A DNA stretch of 20,000 nucleotides from an uncultured virus (IMG/VR IMGVR_UViG_3300003601_000003) (lineage: Duplodnaviria > Heunggongvirae > Uroviricota > Caudoviricetes), in IMG/VR virus record IMGVR_UViG_3300003601_000003, one strand, 5' to 3'. A program made the position numbers and the translations under genes. The notes under the pieces were generated by a model. That model did not search any database, was not told where the DNA came from, and saw only the letters and a program-made list of their open reading frames with translations. Positions 15,091 through 20,000 of this stretch are shown in pieces. Positions within the stretch are counted from its first letter, which is position 1. Every line of letters begins with the position of its first letter.

Positions 15091-16110
15091 TTAACCTTGT
15101 GGTCTCCAAGACCTTATCTGTTGGTTTAACTTTGTTATTAGATCTTTGAAAACGCTTATACTTCTTTCTTTTTTACGCTGATGTATAGGGTCTGATGGTT
15201 GTCTCCTCTCTAACTCTTCGATCTCCTCATTTACTTTACGCTTAACATTTTTTAGACCCTCTGGAGATGTTTCTATTGGGTGTTCAAATGAACCATAACA
15301 AGAAATTGTTTCCCTCCACCCATGTTGTATTCTATAACCATGCTTAAATAACTTACCATCTCTTCTTTTGGCATAAACTCCCCAACACATAGGGCAAGTA
15401 CCTTTATTTTGTTCCTCTAAAGTCTGTTCGGGTTCGGTTTGCGGAGCGAGTCTTAAAAAGTCTTTTGCGTCTTCAACTGCACCCTCTTTGACTGCAAACT
15501 TTGTAATCTTAGTTAGATCAAAGTTCTCTAAATCTAGTTTGTAAGGTGAAATTTTTATCGCCACCTTTTTACCGTTTTTAGAAGTGGTTACTTTTTTGAT
15601 ACCAACAAAAGCGTCCTCTAAATAAAACTTCCACCATTCTTTTCTTTTCTCATAAAACATACTGGTCAAAATAATCGAGATACGACCAAAAGTAGGTTTA
15701 CTTGGTTTTCTATCTACAAAGTCTACATAGGGGATTGCTTTTTTAATCCTTTCAATCTCTTCTTCGTACTTTTGAAATGCCTCTTCAAATGTAGGGTATT
15801 CATCTACCGATACTAGTATAAAATAAATGCTTTGACCTAGCTTCTCAAAATCCTCAAAGGCAGTCTTGTGTTTGAGATTATCATTTGCATCCTGTGCCTC
15901 TTTCATTTCAAAGTTAAAGCCTAAAGCTTCAAGCACCTCTTGTAAGATGTTAAAATTACCTTTTTTCGGCATTGGGGTTCTTCTTGAGTGGTTAGCCAAA
16001 GCTAACATCATACTTTTAGCTTCATTGCTCAATGAAGATGTAGCTTGTTTTTCAAGACGGGCAACTCTCATCTCAAGCTCTCTGATGACTTCACTTGCTG
16101 TTCTTCTCAT
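15091..16110 (-). CDS. Leader-tagged protein (339 aa) with a C-terminal Cys/His (zinc-binding-like) motif and coiled coil
   Basis: Starts MRRTASEVIRELEMRVARLE; GTCPMC...KHGY...SCYGS near the C-terminus; lies between the two 74-bp repeats. Confidence 0.8.
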   Translation of the reverse strand: MRRTASEVIRELEMRVARLEKQATSSLSNEAKSMMLALANHSRRTPMPKKGNFNILQEVLEALGFNFEMKEAQDANDNLKHKTAFEDFEKLGQSIYFILVSVDEYPTFEEAFQKYEEEIERIKKAIPYVDFVDRKPSKPTFGRISIILTSMFYEKRKEWWKFYLEDAFVGIKKVTTSKNGKKVAIKISPYKLDLENFDLTKITKFAVKEGAVEDAKDFLRLAPQTEPEQTLEEQNKGTCPMCWGVYAKRRDGKLFKHGYRIQHGWRETISCYGSFEHPIETSPEGLKNVKRKVNEEIEELERRQPSDPIHQRKKERSISVFKDLITKLNQQIRSWRPQG

Positions 16111-16128
16111 AGGTCATTCTCCTGTGGG

Positions 16129-16202
16129 TTAAGAATAAAGAGATCTCCTATGGATAACCTATAAATAAACTATCAATAGTTCTGGTTCTCCCAAGTCGCT
16201 GT
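16129..16202. repeat. 74-bp exact direct repeat, copy 2
   Basis: Identical to 14950-15023; overlaps the true 3' end of 16173..17549. Confidence 0.92.
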
Positions 16203-17549
16203 ACGACCACGCTTCTCCAACGCATCAGATACCGTAGCCTTATCAGAGTCCATAGGGTAAGCACTGTCGGGTGTAACAGGATAAACAGCATCTGCTCTAG
16301 CTGTGTAGGTATCTCTCTGTGGCCAGTAACCATAACGAGTCTCAGGCCATGACACAGGAACTCCCTCAATAGGGAATCTATATCGTATGTCACCACTATC
16401 CAAATACGCTATGTTGAAATGCTGTTGAAGAACATTACCTCTGTTCGATGGCATATTAACAGCACCACATGAATACCGTTCATTATTAGGTTTAACTATA
16501 AAGTCTTTCTGACTCACAATAGGACTAGGGCCGATCCACACCTCGTAGGAATGTTCCTTACGCCTACCACGATCTTCTTGACTAATCCTACGCTCACTGT
16601 CATTAGGGCCGACTATGATGTCATAAGGTCCATCATAACCTCCCTTAATACCTGTGCCGAAACAAATCGTACAAAGACTGTCTGGTTGCTTCGCATATTT
16701 AAGGGTCTCTTTATTGAAGGAGGTACAATAACAAGGTATCCCTGCTATCCTACGAGTAAATAACTTAACCCGTTCCCCCCCTTGTTCAAGTATCCAGTTA
16801 TTACGCCTTATCCCTTCTCTCCACATATAATCTACACGCTCAAGCTCTCTATCTGAGAAGGGCTTGCAATGCTCTAAAGGGGTTTCATGTAATACGCTTG
16901 TTTTTGGGTCTTCTGCTACTGTCGCTATACGATAGAAATCACGCTTATCTGTACCAAGTCTTAAGCGACTCTCTGGGTCATAAGCAATATAACTTATAGT
17001 GACCACCGTATTGTCATCTATCGAAGGAGGTAAGCTATCTTCGGTTAAAGTGATGGCATCGGGTTTGGGTCTACCTGTAAAGAATAAAGTAACCTCACCA
17101 AACTCACCAAGCACTCTCGATGTGGGTACGATAACACCGTTAATCATTACCACAACATCTCTTGGTGAATCAGCAGGGTCATTGATGCTATTTTGTCTCG
17201 CTATCGGGTACTCCACTTGAAACCGATAAGGATCTTCACCTTGATCCCCTTTAGAAATCCACTTGTCTGCTGGGATGACTTCATCATTAACTGCCCATGT
17301 GTCTATTCGATCTCTGTATATTGTTCCACCGATAGGTGTGATGTTCACCCTACGATAAGGGCCACGATCAGAGTTGCCCGATCTGTATATGTTCACACCA
17401 CGAACAATCCAACCCTCATTTCCATGTAGGATTGATGGGTTATCCCAATGGACATCTATCTCACCCTTAGCGAAAGGGGAGACAGCACTCGTATTTCTTG
17501 GTGGTACAGGCCAAGGACTTCTACTGTCGTACCAACCATGTTGTGCCAT
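16173..17549 (-). CDS. Putative virion structural (neck/head-completion-like) protein with FN3-like N-terminus and Cys motif
   Basis: IDVHWDNP...GVNIYRS...GPYRRVN...YRD resembles FN3; PCYC...CTICFGTGIKGGY Cys4 motif. Function is inferred. Confidence 0.55.
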   Translation of the reverse strand: MAQHGWYDSRSPWPVPPRNTSAVSPFAKGEIDVHWDNPSILHGNEGWIVRGVNIYRSGNSDRGPYRRVNITPIGGTIYRDRIDTWAVNDEVIPADKWISKGDQGEDPYRFQVEYPIARQNSINDPADSPRDVVVMINGVIVPTSRVLGEFGEVTLFFTGRPKPDAITLTEDSLPPSIDDNTVVTISYIAYDPESRLRLGTDKRDFYRIATVAEDPKTSVLHETPLEHCKPFSDRELERVDYMWREGIRRNNWILEQGGERVKLFTRRIAGIPCYCTSFNKETLKYAKQPDSLCTICFGTGIKGGYDGPYDIIVGPNDSERRISQEDRGRRKEHSYEVWIGPSPIVSQKDFIVKPNNERYSCGAVNMPSNRGNVLQQHFNIAYLDSGDIRYRFPIEGVPVSWPETRYGYWPQRDTYTARADAVYPVTPDSAYPMDSDKATVSDALEKRGRTATWENQNY

Positions 17550-17550
17550 A

Positions 17551-17602
17551 ATAATCTCCCATGTAAGCGATATTTACTTATAGGGAGATTATAAATGACT
17601 TA
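17551..17602 (-). promoter_or_regulatory. Motif variant overlapping an RBS-sequestering hairpin
   Basis: Minus strand: TAAGTCATTTAT (17602-17591)-N10-TAAG. ATAATCTCCC (17592-17583) pairs with GGGAGATTAT (17560-17551), which carries the RBS just before ATG 17549. Confidence 0.65.
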
Positions 17603-17619
17603 TTATTCTCTCACTTCAA

Positions 17620-18138
17620 TTAATCATCGCCCTCAAAAGTGATCTCTACCTTTTCTTCTCCACCCTCGTCCTCCGCATCTTGTTTGGGGTCTATCCATTG
17701 TTTGACGACACCTTTGAGTTTCACTTGCTCTTCAGTCGTAGTTTTAATAACTTTCTCTCCATGAAAAAGAGAAAGTTTGTCAATGACTGCGGATTGAAGC
17801 TCAAATATTTGTTCTCTTAAAAGTTGCATCTGTATTTGTGCATCTCTCAACCTAGCGATTAATGCTTCCCTATCCCCATTAGCAGACGCAAGTTTATCTT
17901 TGAGTTCTTCTACTTCGGAAGGGTCTCTACCACTAGCGATGGCTAACATAGATGAGATACTGCCTGTGAGCATACCTATGATCCCAATAAGTATATCTCT
18001 GTTTTTCTCTACTATTTCATGCTTCGCTAAGAACCATATCAAACCTATGATCAAGAGCATGAAGACTACAGAAGCCCACCAACCTCTTTTCGCCTTTTCA
18101 GATTGAGTGAACTGTTTATTTGTTTGTTTTTTAGACAT
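17620..18138 (-). CDS. Two-TM membrane protein with C-terminal coiled coil
   Basis: WWASVVFMLLIIGLIWFLA and ILIGIIGMLTGSISSMLAIA; heptad-like VEELKDKL...LREQIFELQ. Confidence 0.75.
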   Translation of the reverse strand: MSKKQTNKQFTQSEKAKRGWWASVVFMLLIIGLIWFLAKHEIVEKNRDILIGIIGMLTGSISSMLAIASGRDPSEVEELKDKLASANGDREALIARLRDAQIQMQLLREQIFELQSAVIDKLSLFHGEKVIKTTTEEQVKLKGVVKQWIDPKQDAEDEGGEEKVEITFEGDD

Positions 18139-18147
18139 CGTAAAACC

Positions 18148-18990
18148 CTAGAACAGATTCTTAAAGAACTCTGAAATGAAAGAAATGAATGCGTCATACT
18201 TGGGCATATGGTAAGGAAGTCCGATCAGAGATCTTGCAACAGGTCTTGTAGATAGTTGAAAAATAATATGAAGCCAGAACAAACACGCTATAAACCCAGC
18301 CCTCCAAAAGACATAGAGAACCCAGTCTTTCAAGACTCTATCTCTTGCTCTTTTCTTAATGTATTTAGGCCCACCTAGTCTTTTTACTTTCTCAGATCCT
18401 AGAGGAGGCTGTAGCGATTCAATGGTTTCACCAACCGCATATATTTCTTGTGGTTCTTTCACCCCTTTAAATTTATACATACCTACACAAGCAAATCGGG
18501 TGCTTTTTGGTGTGTGCATATTCGTTCTGTTTCGAGTGGCTAACATTGCCTCCTTTGTGAGGAGAACTTGACCTTTTTGACAAAGAGACATTGTTCTAGC
18601 GGCAATGTTTTTTGAGAGTCCTTCAAGTTCGACTCTCTTAGCTCCAGCTCCAACATAGACATCATCTTGTTCTACTTCAATGATTTTACCCCAGTGTATA
18701 CCGATACGAGTATTGATCTTTATTTTTGGTGGGATTGTTTTTTGATAAGCGAGAGCAAAGTTAACTGCATCTACAGGTCGGTCAAAAGACAATAGAAAAC
18801 CATCAGAACGATCTATCTCTCTGCCTTCATGCCGATAAACAAGATTTCTAGCCATACGATCATGGATTTGAAACCACTGAGCCGCCACCTTAGCTCCCAC
18901 CCTTTGAACGAAAGCAGTAGACCCTATCAAATCTAAGAGAACGATAGCTAAGTATCGTTCTTTCATAGTAATATCATGATCAAAGGGCAT
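18148..18990 (-). CDS. Class III nucleotide cyclase (adenylate/guanylate cyclase-like) with C-terminal TM anchor
   Basis: LLDLIGST (metal Asp 1), DRSDGFL (Asp 2), RIGIHWG, NIAAR (Asn/Arg pair), GQVLLT, FKGVKEP; hydrophobic segment near the C-terminus. Confidence 0.85.
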   Translation of the reverse strand: MPFDHDITMKERYLAIVLLDLIGSTAFVQRVGAKVAAQWFQIHDRMARNLVYRHEGREIDRSDGFLLSFDRPVDAVNFALAYQKTIPPKIKINTRIGIHWGKIIEVEQDDVYVGAGAKRVELEGLSKNIAARTMSLCQKGQVLLTKEAMLATRNRTNMHTPKSTRFACVGMYKFKGVKEPQEIYAVGETIESLQPPLGSEKVKRLGGPKYIKKRARDRVLKDWVLYVFWRAGFIACLFWLHIIFQLSTRPVARSLIGLPYHMPKYDAFISFISEFFKNLF

Positions 18991-18994
18991 GGGT

Positions 18995-19201
18995 TTATCT
19001 CCAGAGACTTTTTATGTTCTCACAAGGTGTGTTTAATATCTTATCTGCTAATTCATCATTACAAGTAAAAGCAGGGATATATTCAACACACTGATAAATA
19101 TGGTTTTCTGCCTTTTCACAAAGGGTTCTATCTTCATTTGGAATATCTTCACAAGAAACTAATAATCCAAATATACATAAGAGGTATCGTGTGTTTTTCA
19201 T
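18995..19201 (-). CDS. Small Cys-rich lipoprotein
   Basis: MKNTRYLLCIFGLLVS-C signal/lipobox pattern, plus four further Cys. Confidence 0.65.
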   Translation of the reverse strand: MKNTRYLLCIFGLLVSCEDIPNEDRTLCEKAENHIYQCVEYIPAFTCNDELADKILNTPCENIKSLWR

Positions 19202-19203
19202 AA

Positions 19204-19524
19204 TTAATATCCTATAAAGGCAAACTCTTGCTTTTTAATGACTTCAAGAGGCGAGGAGTCAGTGCGTTTGATAACCCATTGGACAAAGTAAGATCCTGGA
19301 ATAAATCCCGCAGATAACATTTCCCCTACATAGTATTTGCCTGTCTCTTCTTTTACAGGGTATCTTTTTTCAACACCCACTCGCCACTCACCTCTAACTT
19401 CATCTGTACCATAGAACGAATAATAGATTAAGTAAGGATCAAAGCCATTGCCTTGATTGCCGAAGATTTCTACTCTTAAATCATTTGGACCCATTTGGGT
19501 TCTTTGTACAAAGATCACTGACAT
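19204..19524 (-). CDS. Hypothetical beta-rich protein (106 aa)
   Basis: Tightly packed in the operon; ETGKYYV...GSYFVQW resembles an Ig-like beta sandwich. Confidence 0.7.
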   Translation of the reverse strand: MSVIFVQRTQMGPNDLRVEIFGNQGNGFDPYLIYYSFYGTDEVRGEWRVGVEKRYPVKEETGKYYVGEMLSAGFIPGSYFVQWVIKRTDSSPLEVIKKQEFAFIGY

Positions 19525-19526
19525 AA

Positions 19527-19859
19527 CTATACTACCTCAATAAAAGTGTCTCTTGAGGAAACAGATATGGTTTGCTCTCCGTAAACAAGAGCGTTGTCAG
19601 CGACCATCTCTGCTTTAAACTCGACAAAGATAGTTTGTCCTAAAACACTATCAGGTATGGTGAAGCGATAAACGAAACGGTGAGCTTGATCTGTGGCTAC
19701 CATAGCGTTTGGCCCATCTAAGATTGTTCGCACATCCTCCACATAGTGAAAAAGGGTTGTCTCTACATTCTGTATGTTGAGTGGTTTGAGATCAAATCCA
19801 ACCCAAGAAATCTGACAGGGGATTGTATCCCCAATATGTGCGTTAGTGTTATAAATCAT
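19527..19859 (-). CDS. Hypothetical beta-rich protein (110 aa)
   Basis: ATG 19859 follows a GAGGAG RBS; first gene of the minus-strand operon. Confidence 0.7.
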   Translation of the reverse strand: MIYNTNAHIGDTIPCQISWVGFDLKPLNIQNVETTLFHYVEDVRTILDGPNAMVATDQAHRFVYRFTIPDSVLGQTIFVEFKAEMVADNALVYGEQTISVSSRDTFIEVV

Positions 19860-19860
19860 G

Positions 19861-19921
19861 TGATGATCTCCTCTCACATATAAAATAAATTATAAATAGA
19901 CTATAAATGAGGAGATCATCA
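19861..19921 (-). promoter_or_regulatory. Motif inside the loop of a 13-bp RBS-sequestering hairpin
   Basis: TGATGATCTCCTC (19861-19873) and GAGGAGATCATCA (19909-19921) are perfect inverted repeats; TAGTCTATTTAT lies on the minus strand at 19903-19892. Confidence 0.65.
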
Positions 19922-19970
19922 TATAAGGGATTAAGTCGTCCTACTAACCTCATTCTTAAGGAGTGCGTTT

Positions 19971-20000
19971 ATGGCTAAAGCCAAATCTAAAGCATCTAAA
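19971..20000 (+). CDS. Start of a gene running out of the window (MAKAKSKASK...)
   Basis: AAGGAG at 19958-19963 followed by ATG 19971; only 10 codons visible. Confidence 0.5.
   Translation, partial: MAKAKSKASK

Noticed and set aside
13867..16110. Diversity-generating retroelement or retron
   Set aside because: No reverse transcriptase in the window, and the repeats are exact rather than adenine-mutated template/variable pairs.
14330..16202. CRISPR array or IS/transposon explanation for the direct repeats
   Set aside because: Only two copies of each repeat, separated by whole genes; no regular spacers, cas genes, transposase or terminal inverted repeats.
1309..18571. Short antisense or out-of-frame ORFs nested in larger genes (e.g. 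1309-1515, 14656-14859, 15866-16132, 16148-16396)
   Set aside because: Shadows of real genes; their mutual similarity is just the reverse complement of the leader.
14981..19898. T4 late promoter TATAAATA on the + strand (14981, 16160, 19891)
   Set aside because: These are the reverse complement of the recurrent motif and point away from the adjacent minus-strand genes; other copies do not keep the octamer.
1..20000. Stop-codon reassignment (TAG read-through), as in some large phages
   Set aside because: Conserved genes are full length in the standard code, and TAG ends phoH, JmjC and the cyclase at sensible positions.
1..20000. Eukaryotic giant virus origin (suggested by JmjC and cyclase), and tRNA/rRNA genes
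   Set aside because: Shine-Dalgarno motifs, coupled operons, TerL and PhoH indicate a prokaryotic tailed virus; no intergenic stretch resembles a tRNA or rRNA.

Overview
Fragment of a large (jumbo-type) tailed bacteriophage genome, standard genetic code, with GGAG ribosome-binding sites. The core is a head-morphogenesis/packaging block: several unknown proteins, a 955-aa repeat protein, a candidate small terminase and a large terminase whose Walker A motif is split by a 420-aa LAGLIDADG intein. Also present are PIN-PhoH, dCMP deaminase, a JmjC oxygenase and a class III nucleotide-cyclase-like gene beside a 2-TM protein and a lipoprotein. The most unusual signal is a family of otherwise unrelated genes (six apparently intact, one truncated) that all begin with the same ~20-aa leader, M[RK][RK]SA[ST]E[VI]IxxLExR[IV]ARLE, conserved at the protein level. 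Each copy whose upstream region is visible follows the same TAGTTTATTTAT-N9/10-TAAGTGATCT element. At 13.9-16.2 kb these genes form a tandem array bounded by exact 31-bp and 74-bp duplications, which suggests an expanding array of leader-tagged cargo cassettes. Related upstream elements in front of core genes overlap hairpins that sequester the RBS. All functional interpretations come from motif reading only; no database searches were run.
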